Shown: in pieces, positions 16,837 to 28,622 of the stretch | Layout of the letters: every line of letters starts with the position of its first letter | Numbering within the stretch: position 1 is the first letter of the stretch | DNA from: a virus | Lineage: Duplodnaviria; Caudoviricetes | Virus record (IMG/VR): IMGVR_UViG_3300028591_000003 | Span: 64,001 to 128,000 of that record | Reading direction: 5' to 3' (one strand) | Length of the DNA stretch: 64,000 bases | The notes under the pieces: model-generated | Seen by the model: the letters and a program-made list of their open reading frames with translations, nothing else | The model's database searches: none | What the model was told of the DNA's origin: nothing | Made by a program: the position numbers and the translations under genes

Positions 16837-17392
16837 TGACGGAGTCTTAAGTTTGGAACAAACTTGAGACCTTGGTATTTTTACAGGATTTTAAAAATTC
16901 TGTTAGTTTATACTCAACTAATTTTTTAAAAATTTTCTAACACTTCAGAAATAAATAATTTTCAAACATAAATTTTCTATCTTATGAAAATATGTATAAG
17001 ATAGCCAATTTTCGAAATCGAATTGTTTGAAAATTGTTAATTGAGTTGGCGATGTTGACAGTCCTTTTGAGTATATCTCTTACATACAAATTTTGCATAA
17101 AACATACTCTCAACACTGTGGAACATATACTTAACTTGAGTTATTGTGAAACTATATCTTAGTATTAAATAAAATTAGTTCCCTATTCATCTCGAACTGG
17201 GAACTAATTACACTAAAACATTATTCACTCATAAAATTCAAAAATTTCCAGTAGAAACCCCTCTTCTCGAGGAGAAAGTAACCGGACTTCCCAACAATCC
17301 AGTCAGGAAGCCCGATTACTGAGAGCACATAATTATCGGTAATGATGTGGCTACTATCCTTCACCACACCAAATACTGTAATCATATGACGA

Positions 17393-17932
17393 TTACTTAC
17401 CGAAAGTGAATACCGGCAGCTTACGGTCGCGAGTGCCGGTAATCTGGCCGTCACGGTTGTAACGTGCGGCCTTCACCGGAACAAGGTCAGCAACAACCAG
17501 AGTCTTACCCTTGATTGCATTCCAGACCTCCTGGTCATTGGCGCAGGCGGCGACGGCGTCATACACATCGTGATGCTCCTTAGTTGAAGCAGGTACAATA
17601 CGACCCGAAGGAGTCAGATCTGCCTTGTACTCAGGAACGTTACGATCGAGCGCACTGAAGAACAGGTTCTTACTGGTAGCTACACCAGCTGACTCAGCGG
17701 GACAAATTACACCATAACTCTCGCCTCCCCGGAATACACTCTTGAACAGAGTATCACCATTTGCAGGAACATACAGGATGTCACCCTTCTGATACTGAGC
17801 ACCGGCAGGATCGCTCTTGGTACGCTCTACCAAATCACTCTCGAGACTAGCGCCAACATTGTTAACGCCCATACGCTTAGCAGCAAGCTCAACTGCAGCC
17901 TTGCTACTCTTAATAACATCTTCTTTCTTCAT
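17393..17932 (-). CDS. hypothetical early protein
   Basis: 179-aa ORF, visibly more GC-rich than flanks. Confidence 0.85.
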   Translation of the reverse strand: MKKEDVIKSSKAAVELAAKRMGVNNVGASLESDLVERTKSDPAGAQYQKGDILYVPANGDTLFKSVFRGGESYGVICPAESAGVATSKNLFFSALDRNVPEYKADLTPSGRIVPASTKEHHDVYDAVAACANDQEVWNAIKGKTLVVADLVPVKAARYNRDGQITGTRDRKLPVFTFGK

Positions 17933-18304
17933 TTTTTTGAAAGTTTTAATTGTTAATAAATGTTGTTAATTACTACTATTAACGTAAGCATAAACGGTCC
18001 GCTGTTCAAAGCACAACGGACGAAGCTCTATTTCTTTTTGGTAAATTTTCTTAGATAAGATGGACTAGTGTTATCACCATCATGTGTCTCACTGCACTTA
18101 CAGAGACTTGTGGAACGTTTCAATTCAATTACGGAGTCTAGAAACTTCAAAAACTTCTTACGTACTCCAACCTCAATCGCACTCTTCTCGTGAGGATGTA
18201 GTCTTTAAACTACTACAGAAAAACAACATATATATGCTGCTCTGCTAAAGATATTAATATGCTATACATATGGCTACGTTTTACCTATTGCCTTGGGGTC
18301 GGTG

Positions 18305-18340
18305 GAAAAAAATGGGGCGGTCGTATGCACCGCCCCAAAT
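18305..18340 (-). terminator. intrinsic terminator
   Basis: GGGGCGG-loop-CCGCCCC then ATTTTTT on minus strand. Confidence 0.7.
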
Positions 18341-18342
18341 GT

Positions 18343-18873
18343 TTAGATGAATGTAACAAGCGCCTTGTTCATAGCACGGCGACCACCAACACGACGCAAT
18401 TTCTTCACATCGAAATTAAACTTCTTGGTGGTAGCGTTGAGTGCTTCCCAACGTGAGGCATCATCGTCTTTCTCAGACGTGAAACCTTGCGACACCACGA
18501 AGTTGTTACGGTCATCGACATAGGTAGTTTGTTCTAAGTTAGCCACGGGAATTAAATCCCCTGTTTCCTTCAGACAAACAGCCATAAAAGAATGTGGCTG
18601 TCCATCAGTACCAACGTACTCGGGATAGTAAATGTTGACTTTATTTTTGTCAGCCCCTGAACCACCCTTGAGTTCAAGAGTGTAAGTCCCCTTGGGAACG
18701 AGAGTTAAAGCCTGCTGATAACGAATTTGTTCGGCAGACTTGGTATTAATTTCATCAACGGTTGCAGGGCGAATGCCTGCGATTTCAGATTTCTTCATAA
18801 AGCGATTAAATTTAAATGAATAATGTTGTGTCGGCAGAGCGGCATACGCGTTCATACCTGTAGGTATGTACAC
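18343..18873 (-). CDS. hypothetical early protein (probable start 18798, MKKSEI)
   Basis: First gene of the left arm; followed by hairpin GGGGCGG..CCGCCCC and U tract. Confidence 0.8.
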   Translation of the reverse strand: MYIPTGMNAYAALPTQHYSFKFNRFMKKSEIAGIRPATVDEINTKSAEQIRYQQALTLVPKGTYTLELKGGSGADKNKVNIYYPEYVGTDGQPHSFMAVCLKETGDLIPVANLEQTTYVDDRNNFVVSQGFTSEKDDDASRWEALNATTKKFNFDVKKLRRVGGRRAMNKALVTFI

Positions 18874-19035
18874 ACTTTACACATTGACTACGTTTTCCCA
18901 TAGCGGGGCCCAGGGGGCTACCCGCTAGGGTGTCGTCTTAGTCATATAACACAAAAAATTTTTAAAAAAATTAAAAAATTTTCAAAAAAAAATTAAAAAT
19001 TTTGAAATTCAAAAATTAAATATAAAATATGAGTT

Positions 19036-20232
19036 ATGAAAAAAATATTAATTTTATTAACGGCTTTTATGTTTGTAGGATGTAACAAACATGAGATACT
19101 TTATAATTCACAAGCAGAAGATAATTATAATAAAGCATTTATAACTTCTTTTGGTTAGCCTGCTTTAGATCAAGATTGGGGATTTGGAAATACTTCTACT
19201 ACTCGTGGATATGATACTAACGCAAATAACTGGGCATAGAATGGATGGACAGTTCCTTTAAAAATAACAGATGAAGAAAGAGAAAAAGTTAAAACCTATT
19301 TTTCACAAGAACGTAAAATAGATATTTCAGAACAAGTTAATTGGTCAGATTTCTTTGTACAACAAGTTTATAAAGGAGAATCAACTTATACAGCCAAGAA
19401 TAATGGAAGTGTAGGAAAAGGTTCAGATCATATGGATTATTTAACATGTGGTAATGATGAACATATTTACAATTTTAATAATGGCAAAGGTAGTAATACA
19501 TATGTTAATTATTCATATGTTGAGATTCCAAATGTAGATAAAAATAATTGGAAAAAATATTGGAATGATGAAATTTCATTAATGACTAATTCTTCTACTT
19601 CTCGTTTTGGTTATCATAATTCAACAGACAATAAACAGCATTATGAATATTTAATAGCATTTATTGATGGTGCATACTATGTAGGATTTGATTTTTGTGC
19701 AAATGGTACTAATACCAATCAACAAGTAGACAGAGATTATATTTATAATGATTGGATTATAAAAATTAGTCCAGGAAAGGATTTGCCAAAACCAGCAGTT
19801 CGTATTATATGTGAAGATTTAAGTGTTGGTACTGATTTTGATTTTAATGATATTGTATTTGATGCAACATATGAAACAGATGGTAAGACAAAAATTACAG
19901 TTTTAGCAGCAGGTGGAACTTTACCTTTATATATAGAAGGAAAAGAAGTACATGAATTATTTGGAGTTCCACGTTCAGTAATGGTGAATACAGGAATATG
20001 TTCTAGAAAACCAGTATCTTTTATACTTGATAGAATTATTGCTCCTTGGAATATCGAAATAACAGTAATGAAAGAACATCAATTAATTCCATTAAAAGCT
20101 GAAGTAGGTAATCCAGCATCAAAAATTGCAGTATCTCCATCATTTAATTGGTGTAAAGAAAGAGAAGATATTAGAAGTAAATATCCAGATTTTTCAAAAT
20201 ATGTACAAAACACATCAGTTAATTGGTATTAA
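19036..20232 (+). CDS. DUF4842/LruC-like lipoprotein, TAG read-through
   Basis: FVGC lipobox; two in-frame TAG join to ORF 19432; C-terminal RIICEDL...DFDFNDIVFD motif. Confidence 0.75.
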
Positions 20233-20279
20233 CATTTTTTAAATTTGAGTTTTATAAATTGATAATAATTTAATATCAT

Positions 20280-20636
20280 ATGAAACAAGAAGAAATGATT
20301 AAAACTCTTGTGAAAGAGTTGATGGAATTGGATGAACTACATCAAGAATATCAAGATAAAGATACTCACTTTGTAGTAGATTCTTAGAAAGAAGGTAATA
20401 CTTTAACAATTAAAGTACAACTTTTAGAAAATAAAGATAAGGAACAGTTTGAAAAATGGTTAGAAAGTATAGATGATGATATATTATCTGAAGTTTTAGA
20501 AGAAGTTAATAGTGATGGAGATTTAAATGAACTTTATAATTCTGAAAATTATAAACAAGCTATTAATAAAGTAAAATCTAAAACTAAAGAAATTATAGAT
20601 GAAAAGATTAAATATCTTAAAGCAATTAAATTTTAA
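20280..20636 (+). CDS. hypothetical acidic protein, TAG read-through
   Basis: ATG to TAA in frame across an internal TAG. Confidence 0.7.
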
Positions 20637-20700
20637 TATTGGCCAGTGATGATAAATATTAAAATTTTATACTCTTAGAAAGGCATCTAAGAGATTTTAT

Positions 20701-20776
20701 TGGGGCGTAGTCGAGCGGCTTCAGACTGGAGACTCTAAATCTCTGCATTACGCGGGTTCGAATCCTGCCACCCCAA
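20701..20776 (+). tRNA. amber suppressor tRNA (CUA anticodon), Gln-type acceptor
   Basis: GGAGA-CTCTAAA-TCTCT anticodon arm; U1-A72, G2-C71, G3-C70; GCGGG-TTCGAAT-CCTGC T arm. Confidence 0.93.
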
Positions 20777-20793
20777 CTAGACGTAAATGAATT

Positions 20794-21108
20794 ATGTTAA
20801 TATATAAACCATTAAACTTAATGAAATTCATATATAATGGAAGGATATATAATCCTTCAAATTTAGAGAAAAAACTTAAAAAAATGGGAATAACAATCAA
20901 TGATATTGAAATTATTCCCGAGAAAAAGAAAAATGATTCTGGAATAGAAGATTATATGCTAGACAAAGAACAAGTTATTATACGTTCTACAAAAGATGAT
21001 ATTAGAAGAATATGTTATGTTAAAAAAGGAGAAAGACCTCCAATTAAAGATATTTTAAACAATTTATATTTTGAAGAAGAATTAATGACAATGTATTATG
21101 AGAACTGA
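20794..21108 (+). CDS. hypothetical protein (probable start 20821)
   Basis: ORF track. Confidence 0.65.
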   Translation: MLIYKPLNLMKFIYNGRIYNPSNLEKKLKKMGITINDIEIIPEKKKNDSGIEDYMLDKEQVIIRSTKDDIRRICYVKKGERPPIKDILNNLYFEEELMTMYYEN

Positions 21109-21256
21109 ATTATTTCGTTAGCTTTATGAAGCTAATATTGATGAAATTAAAGCTATAGAACAATTATCTATAGATCACAATATGCTTGATAATGGATATT
21201 ACCTTCATTGGAAAGACATGTTAAATAAATATAGTGAAGATGTTGATAGACAATAA

Positions 21257-21295
21257 AAATAGGCAGCCTCCTTTTTAGGAAGTTGCCTATTTTTT
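21257..21295. terminator. bidirectional terminator between convergent genes
   Basis: AAAATAGGCAGC..GTTGCCTATTTTTT inverted repeat. Confidence 0.75.
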
Positions 21296-22504
21296 ATTTG
21301 ATAATAAAGTTCCAACTGTTCCAAGTCCTTGAGCAATAATATCTCCAAAAGGTGGAGTCTGTTGTAATAACTACTATTGAATATACTAATCTGCTTCTTG
21401 AGAAGCTTTTTGTCTAGCAGCTATTAAAGCATTAGAAGCTAATCGATTTCGGTTATATGCTGTAACAATAGGACTAGAATTATAATCTGGATTTTCCTAT
21501 TTAAGTCTTTCTTCTTCCTATTTTATCTACTAAGAAAAATCTTCAGGTTGAATAGAATTAATATAAGATTGTTTCCATCTCTATAATTTTTTATTTAATT
21601 CCTATTGTTCAATACTAGATGAAATTCCATTATATAATTGAGATCCTAAACTAATAATAGATTTTCCAGTATCGCTATTTAAAAAGTTTCCAATTTTCTA
21701 TCCTTCCTAAGCTTTAATAATGCCTCCAAACTTATGTTTTCTTCCTTTAACAGTTACTTCAGGTAAATATGTGGAATGTGTTGGGGTTTTAACTCCATAA
21801 TAATCATCTAAATATATTCTATCATAAAAAGAAACTGGAGTACCTATTCCTCTAGAATCATCTCTTTCTCCTGCGGATCCTCCAAACGGAGATAAATCCC
21901 ATTTATCATAATAAGAAACATATTCTCCTTTATCATCATATCCCCTACTTATAGTATGGTTTCCTAAATCCTAAGATAAAGAGGTATCAACTCTAGATTC
22001 TCCTATATTAAGAGGTTTATCATATCTTCTTGAATTATACATAGAAGATATTAAATGTGATATACTTCCCTAATGGTATCCTTTTTCTCTCCAAGCAGTA
22101 ACAGTAGGAGAAGCATAATATTTACTTCCTGATTTTCCTATAGTCGGCTAATATTTGGATTCTACTAATTTATACTCACTCTCATGTCTGTCCTTTTCTG
22201 GAATATTTAAATACTCTGCAAAAATGGGATCTCTTTGTTCATTTAAATAAGCATGTTTATTGTCACCCCTTTTTATTCTTCTATCTTTTTCGTTATTAAC
22301 TACAGCATTTCTAAATCTACCTATTACATCATTATAACCGTGTGGATATAAATTATTATATAATCTTTGTCTAACAATAGAAATAGGAAGTCCTCCGGTC
22401 ATATATCTATATCCTATATTTTCAATAGTTTCTTGATTAAACTATGGAAAATATCCAGAACCTCCAGTAGTAATTGGTTTACCCTATTGATATTTTCTAA
22501 CCAT
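21275..22504 (-). CDS. putative virion cargo protein, ~409 aa, TAG read-through
   Basis: Single frame broken only by TAG; KYQQG and KHKFGG motifs. Confidence 0.7.
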
Positions 22505-22593
22505 ATTAAAAATATTTAATTATTCAGTAAACTTGAACTTTTCCATCGGTAAAATTGGATTTTACTGATGGTAAAACTAATTCACTAAATGTG

Positions 22594-23892
22594 TTAGTTA
22601 ATTAATAAATTTCCTAAGTTACTATAAATCTATCTCTTTAATTTGAATTCATCTACAATACTTCCTCCGTTCCTATGTTTGAAGTGCCTTGCGTTCTAAG
22701 CAAAAGTAGCTCTTTTTCTAATAGCAGGATTAGAAGAATTTTTACCCTTCTAAATACATTCTTGAGTTACTTTTCCTCCACAATATTCTGTAAACTTTCC
22801 TCTATTCTCTTTCTTTATATGAATTCTTCCACCTTTCTTAAATTCATGAGGTCTCCACCCTATAATAGGATGTTTCTTATAATATTTAAATCCAGAATTT
22901 ATAGGTTGTGAATTTACAGAACCATTATTATATGGAAAAGCTTCTACTCCAAGAGAAGCATTTGAATCTAATACTTGAATTGGATTATACCCTTCACCAT
23001 ACATTTCCTTCATCTATCTAGGAGTAGCATCTCTTAGATTATATTGATAATCAACATATTTTCCACCATTAATCCAAGTAGTTGCATCAGGTTTTCCTTC
23101 AATTACATATTTTTCTGCAAACGGAACCTCTCCTTTTCCAAAATAAGGACCAAAATGTAAATCTGGATTATTAGTTCTAATTATTCCAGTATTTTTAGCA
23201 TCTTGAATCGCATCTTTTCCTACTGTTCTATAAAAGTTATTAGGATTAAATGGCATATGTCTTTGAATAATTTTTCCTTCATTCCATAGAAATTTAGCAG
23301 GTTTAGATGCTAATTTAGATATTTTAGAAACACCACCTACTTTAACCGTTGCTGCATTTAAAGCATCCATTGCTCCAGAACCTGCTCCTTCTAAAATTTT
23401 ACCTTCGTTTAAAGTATTAATAGTTTTTCTAAGTCCATTAGATCCAGCAAGTTCTAAACCTGCTTCTAAACCAAACCAAGCAGGAGTATATCCTATAGGA
23501 GTTTTTGATATTAAATGATATAACCCGTTTTCACTATTTGTTCCTCCTATATTTTTTATATAATCAATAGTATTATCTATTACATCGTTAGTTTTCTATG
23601 TTATTTCACCTTGATTATACTAGTTACCTGTAATATTTCTACCTCTAACATTATTTAATTGAGTCGCATCATCTAAAGGTATTCCTAATCGATTTGCTGT
23701 GTCATAATCTTCTACAATACGGTTTGTCCATTCATCTGCCTTTTGCTAAGCTCTTTTTTCCATTTGTATATCCGAATTAGTATATTCTCCGGCCTTATTT
23801 GTAGCAAATTGATAAAGACCAGGAACAATTCTTTTTACCTTTATTAATGACTATTTAGCATTTTTTTGCCAGTTTTTATCAAATATTCCCAT
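22594..23892 (-). CDS. putative virion cargo protein, ~432 aa, TAG read-through
   Basis: Joins ORFs 23014-23370 and 22750-23013; C-terminal IHIKKENRGKFT...RKRATFAqNARHFKH motif familiar from crAss-like phages. Confidence 0.75.
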
Positions 23893-23993
23893 AATTTTAT
23901 TTATTTTTTGTTTAATTTTATTAATTATTTTGACATTAATAATAATATCAATAATTTAGGATAAATACAAATATTTTTTATTTAATTAGATAA

Positions 23994-24677
23994 ATGTTAG
24001 AAAAACTAAAAATTTTAAAAAATGTATGGGAATACATTAATAAAATAAATCCAGAAACTAGAAGTTTAATAATTATTTTACTTTTTGGATATATTTTGTA
24101 TTCTTAGATAACTGACTTTACTGAAAAAATGATTAATGAAAAATCCAATCAAGAAGTAATCTGTAATAAAAAAGCAGAACAATATTCTATGGAAAAATCA
24201 ATTGAATTAAATGAATAGGTATAGTTAATAGCAGAAAAAGATTAGGATGCTTTTGATGTATTACTTTTAAATTATCATAATAATACTCAAAGTTTACAGG
24301 GCTATAAATATTTGTATTTATCTTGTCTCACTGAAGCTCCAAGAGATTTAGATACTCCATTAATGAAATAGTAGTGGAATAGAATAGATTATATCTATTA
24401 TGCAGATGAGTTAGCTAAAATACACAGTCAAAGCTTTGTTAAATTTGAAGATATTGAAAGAATGTAGTATTAGTTACCAAAACTATATAGATTAGTTAAA
24501 TCTAGTGATGCTAAAGCTATTACATTTTTCACAATAGAAGGGCATAATTCTCCAATAGGATTAATTGTAATTTTATACAAAACTAATAAAAAATATGATT
24601 AGGCTTATGCTAAAAGAATATTACCGTGTATTTAGAAATTAGCTATATTATTAGATTATGATACAATAAAAGAATGA
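23994..24677 (+). CDS. holin-like membrane protein (one TM plus soluble domain), many TAG codons
   Basis: 227 codons open except TAG; N-terminal TM; stop overlaps the amidase start. Confidence 0.6.
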
Positions 24678-25279
24678 AAACTATAATTTTAGGAACAGCT
24701 CATTTAAAAAGTACTCCTGGAAAGTGTTCTCCAGATAAAAGTTTTTATGAATATCAATACTCTAGAGAAGTATGTAAAGCTATAAAAGCAATTTTACAAA
24801 ATATGGATTATCAAGTTTTTATTGATATTGAAGATGATGACTTAGATGTTAATCAAAATAGAGAATTAAATTTAAGATGTAAAATTGTTAACGACTTACA
24901 AAAAACATATAAAAATTGTATTTATGTTTCTATTCATGTTAATGCTGCTGGAAATGGAACTAACTGGATGAACGCTACGGGATGGTCTGCGTATACATCG
25001 ACTGGAGTTACTAGTGCTGATAAACTAGCCAATTGTTTATATGATGCTGCTAAAAAGAATTTAAAAGGAAAGAAAATAAGAACTGAAATGACAGATGGAG
25101 ATCCTGATATAGAATCAAATTTTTATGTTCTCAAACATACAAATTGTCCAGCTGTTCTTACAGAAAATTTCTTTCAAGATAATAAAGAAGATGTTGAATA
25201 TTTAAAAAGTAACATCGGATTTCATTAGATAGTAAGACTTCATGTAGAAGGAATACTAAAATATATTCAAGATAATTAA
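24674..25279 (+). CDS. N-acetylmuramoyl-L-alanine amidase (Amidase_3) endolysin
   Basis: GTAH, E, VSIHVNA and PAVLTENFF zinc-amidase motifs; last helix needs TAG read-through at 25226. Confidence 0.9.
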
Positions 25280-25304
25280 AAAGAATTAAAAATGATTATG
25301 TATT

Positions 25305-26210
25305 ATGAATTATGATAAGATAAATAAAGATGTATGGTTTAGAGAATCTGATCATGTCTATGGAAATATTAACGATTCTTCAATAAAATATACTAGTGTT
25401 ACTACTTTAATTGGAAAGTATGAAAATGAATTCGATAAAGAATTTATAAGTAAATATAAAGCACTTGAAAAACTTCTTCCTTCAGATATTTGGAAAAAAG
25501 AAAAAGGAGCTATTTGGAAAAACCATAAAATTCCTAATGATTTTTTAGAAGTATATGAAATATCTGAAAAAGAATTAAATAAAGTGCAACAAGATATTCT
25601 TGATGAATGGGCACAAGTAAATAGAGAATCTTGTGAAAGAGGAACTAAAATTCATGCTCAATTAGAAAATAGTTTTTACAAAGCAGGTTCTAATGTTACA
25701 TTAAATAAATTCGGAATAGGTGGAAAATTTGTTTGTAAAAAGAATTATTCCGAACTTGACTTAGAATATGGAGTATATCCAGAATATCTTATTTACTATG
25801 ATAATCCTAAAATAAATTTACATATAGCAGGACAAATTGATCTTTTAATAAAAGATGGTAATGATATAATTATAGGAGACTGGAAAACTAATGCTAAAAT
25901 AGATCAGAAAGGATTCTACAATACTTCTACAAGAAGTACAAAGAAAATGAAATATCCTTTAACTAATATAGAAGATTGTAATCTTTGGCATTATTATTTA
26001 CAACTATCTACTTATGCTTGGATGATTCAAAAAATCAATCCTAACTTTAATATTAAAAGATTATTTATATATCATTTTGATCACGAAGGAAATGAAACTT
26101 TATACGAAGTTCCATATTTAAAAGATGATGTAGAGAAAATGTTAAAACATTTTGCTAGACAGCAAAAACTTGAAAATCAGAAAAAGAAATATGCAAGAAT
26201 TGAATATTGA
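25305..26210 (+). CDS. PD-(D/E)XK (Cas4-like) exonuclease
   Basis: SVTT, RGTKIH, AGQIDLL, GDWKT, LQLSTYA motifs. Confidence 0.85.
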   Translation: MNYDKINKDVWFRESDHVYGNINDSSIKYTSVTTLIGKYENEFDKEFISKYKALEKLLPSDIWKKEKGAIWKNHKIPNDFLEVYEISEKELNKVQQDILDEWAQVNRESCERGTKIHAQLENSFYKAGSNVTLNKFGIGGKFVCKKNYSELDLEYGVYPEYLIYYDNPKINLHIAGQIDLLIKDGNDIIIGDWKTNAKIDQKGFYNTSTRSTKKMKYPLTNIEDCNLWHYYLQLSTYAWMIQKINPNFNIKRLFIYHFDHEGNETLYEVPYLKDDVEKMLKHFARQQKLENQKKKYARIEY

Positions 26211-26400
26211 TGAAAGATTAGCTATATGTAAAAAATGTCCGATATTTAATAATGGAAGATGTAACTCTAATTTATGGATTAATCCTGATACAAATGAGGT
26301 AAGTACTTATGCTAGAATAGGATTTATTAGAGGATGTAATTGTATTATTTCAATAAAAGCGAAAAATCGTTATAATCATTGTATAGCAGGAAAATGGTAA
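26191..26400 (+). CDS. small Cys-rich protein
   Basis: RLAICKKC...GCNC...HCIAGKW. Confidence 0.7.
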   Translation: MQELNIDERLAICKKCPIFNNGRCNSNLWINPDTNEVSTYARIGFIRGCNCIISIKAKNRYNHCIAGKW

Positions 26401-26615
26401 GAAATCTCTTTCTTAAAATACGAAATATAATAATTGGTAACTGGAGAAATTTAACCGGTTATACTTCAGATGAAATAAAACGTAGAAGATAGATATGTAA
26501 ATCTTGTGAACACAATATTAAATTTAGTGGGACAAGAATCTGTGACCAGTGCGGATGTATAATAAATAGTAAAACAGCAGTGGAATCAGAAAAATGTTTA
26601 ATGAATAAATGGTAA
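26394..26615 (+). CDS. small Cys-rich protein similar to the upstream one, one TAG
   Basis: ICKSC...CDQCGC..KT...KCLMNKW. Confidence 0.7.
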
Positions 26616-26616
26616 T

Positions 26617-27192
26617 ATGAAAGAAAAATTAGCAATGGATTTAGCAGGAGAAAGCACAACAAGAATCGTAGCTTTAGATGGAACAACAGCAGAAGATGTC
26701 ATTAATAAAAGAAATACTGAGAAACTTAATGATATGATAGATCAATATTCAGAAAAATTCGAACAAAGATCTACTAACATTAAAGAATTTGCTAATAAAA
26801 TAAATGAAAATGTCCAGAATATAGAGATAATGCCTCTTGGTAATTATGTTCTTGTAAAACAATTTGATGAAAATCCTTTTCAAAGAATTGTTAGAGATTC
26901 GAAATCTGGACTTATTATTGATACAGGCGGACTTGCTCCAGAATATAAAAATACAGATAATGGAGAAATTGAAGAAGAAAAACCGTTTATATTAGTAGGC
27001 GTTGTTCAAGAAGTTGGACCTGAATGTAAATATCTACAACCTGGAGATGCAGTATTTTACACTGTTCCATCTGCTGTACCTGTTCCATTCTATAAACAAA
27101 AACTTATACAAGTTAATGAAACTAGAGTTCTTGCTGTAGTAAATGAGTTTCTTACTGAAAGATTTAATAAGATAAAAGAAAATGGAAAATAA
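26617..27192 (+). CDS. GroES/Cpn10-like co-chaperonin domain protein
   Basis: PLGNYVLVK...SGLII...GVVQEVGP..LQPGDAV..VNETRVLAVV. Confidence 0.8.
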   Translation: MKEKLAMDLAGESTTRIVALDGTTAEDVINKRNTEKLNDMIDQYSEKFEQRSTNIKEFANKINENVQNIEIMPLGNYVLVKQFDENPFQRIVRDSKSGLIIDTGGLAPEYKNTDNGEIEEEKPFILVGVVQEVGPECKYLQPGDAVFYTVPSAVPVPFYKQKLIQVNETRVLAVVNEFLTERFNKIKENGK

Positions 27193-27418
27193 TTATGTTA
27201 ATTCTCCAGATGAAAAAACATTTTTTCAGCCTGGAGATATATGTCAAATAAAATAGGATATTCCTAATAAACCTAAGATGATGGTAATAAAAATAGAGAG
27301 ATCATTATTAAAAAAAGACGAACAAAGCTATTTAAGAGGAGTTAAGTGTCGTTGGTTTACTATAAGTGGATAGTTACAAGAAGCTATCTTCTCAACAAAA
27401 GATTTAATTAAATTATGA
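27182..27418 (+). CDS. small YodC/DUF2158-like protein, TAG read-through
   Basis: FQPGD....PKMMV...VKCRWF...qLQEAIFSTKDL. Confidence 0.65.
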
Positions 27419-28044
27419 TAAACAAATTTCAACAAGGTGGAATTTTAGCGCAACTTCAACAGTTACCTTAGGAACAACAGTAGTAGATTATGTAGGCTTT
27501 TGCACAATGGGCACAATAGAAAGGTGTAGATATTAATTAGTTACAAAATAACCCTCAAGCTTTAGAGCAAGCATTAGGTCAATTTATGTAGGAAATGCAA
27601 TAGCAAACTCAATCAGCTCGTCATGGTGCTAAACTTCAATATATCAAATCTTTAAAACATCAATGTGCAGAAGATGAAGAAGTTGTTTATTTCAAAAGAG
27701 GTGGTTCTGTAGATTGCGGTTGTAAAAAGAAAATGGAAGAAGGTGGTCCTGTTGAAAAAAAGGATAATCCTATAAATAGATTTAAAAACAGAAATCTTGA
27801 TAAAAAAGAACAAGGTGAAAAACCAAAAAGAGAAGAACCAAAAGAACCTAAAATTAAAAGACCTAAATTATCTGATAAAAAAGATACTAACAAAGGAACA
27901 GTAAAAATTGATCACATGTGTGGTGGTTCTAAAATGAAACTTCAAAAGAAAGGCGGAGAAGTATGTCCTAAATGTGGAAAAGTTCATTCTGCGGGAATAG
28001 GATGTGCTATTGCTAAATTTAAAATGAGAGGTGGAATCCTTTAA
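27415..28044 (+). CDS. Gln-rich putative cargo protein, TAG read-through
   Basis: TAG codons embedded in CAA runs; repeated xxGG motifs. Confidence 0.75.
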
Positions 28045-28070
28045 TTAATTAAATAAATGTTAATGTAAAT

Positions 28071-28622
28071 ATGAATTTAAATGTTTTTGATTATGATTAG
28101 AGAACTGGAAAAGTAATTCTCAATTCAGCGGATCTTGCTCTTATTGATGAATTTAAAACAATCATTAAAAGAGATAAAGATCGTGCTGATAGAGAATTTA
28201 CTTATATATATTTAGCAATTGATTGGAAATCTCCTTATAATGGATATTCAGAACAAGAGAGACATGAAGCAGCATTACAAGATGCTCATATTACTGAAGA
28301 AGAATGGAATGATCCTTCTTTTAGAGCAGCTTGTAGAAAATACAGAGCATTACAAGAGTCTAATCGTTACGTAAGACTTCTTAAATCTGCTGAATTGGTA
28401 ACTGATAAAATTATCGATTATTTTAATAATGTAGATTTAGAAGAACGTGATGAACAAACTGGTAAATATGTTAATAAAGTAGCTGATATACAAAAAGCTA
28501 TGGAAAACGCTTCTAAACAAATAGAAACATTAAAAATGATAGAATCTCTTGTTAAGAAAGAAATTGCTGAACAAAGTCAGATTCGTGCTGGAGCTACAGA
28601 AGGATTTGTTCCTGATTTTTAA
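28071..28622 (+). CDS. protein upstream of terminase (possible small subunit)
   Basis: One TAG; stop overlaps the terminase start. Confidence 0.65.

Noticed and set aside
406-18456. Plus-strand ORF-track calls in the left arm (e.g. 1550, 4639, 6683, 8547, 9861, 11696)
   Set aside because: They are antisense to tRNAs, introns or longer genes, with implausible composition
25305-26210. Cas4-like nuclease as part of a CRISPR system
   Set aside because: Stand-alone PD-(D/E)XK gene in the packaging region; no array or other cas genes
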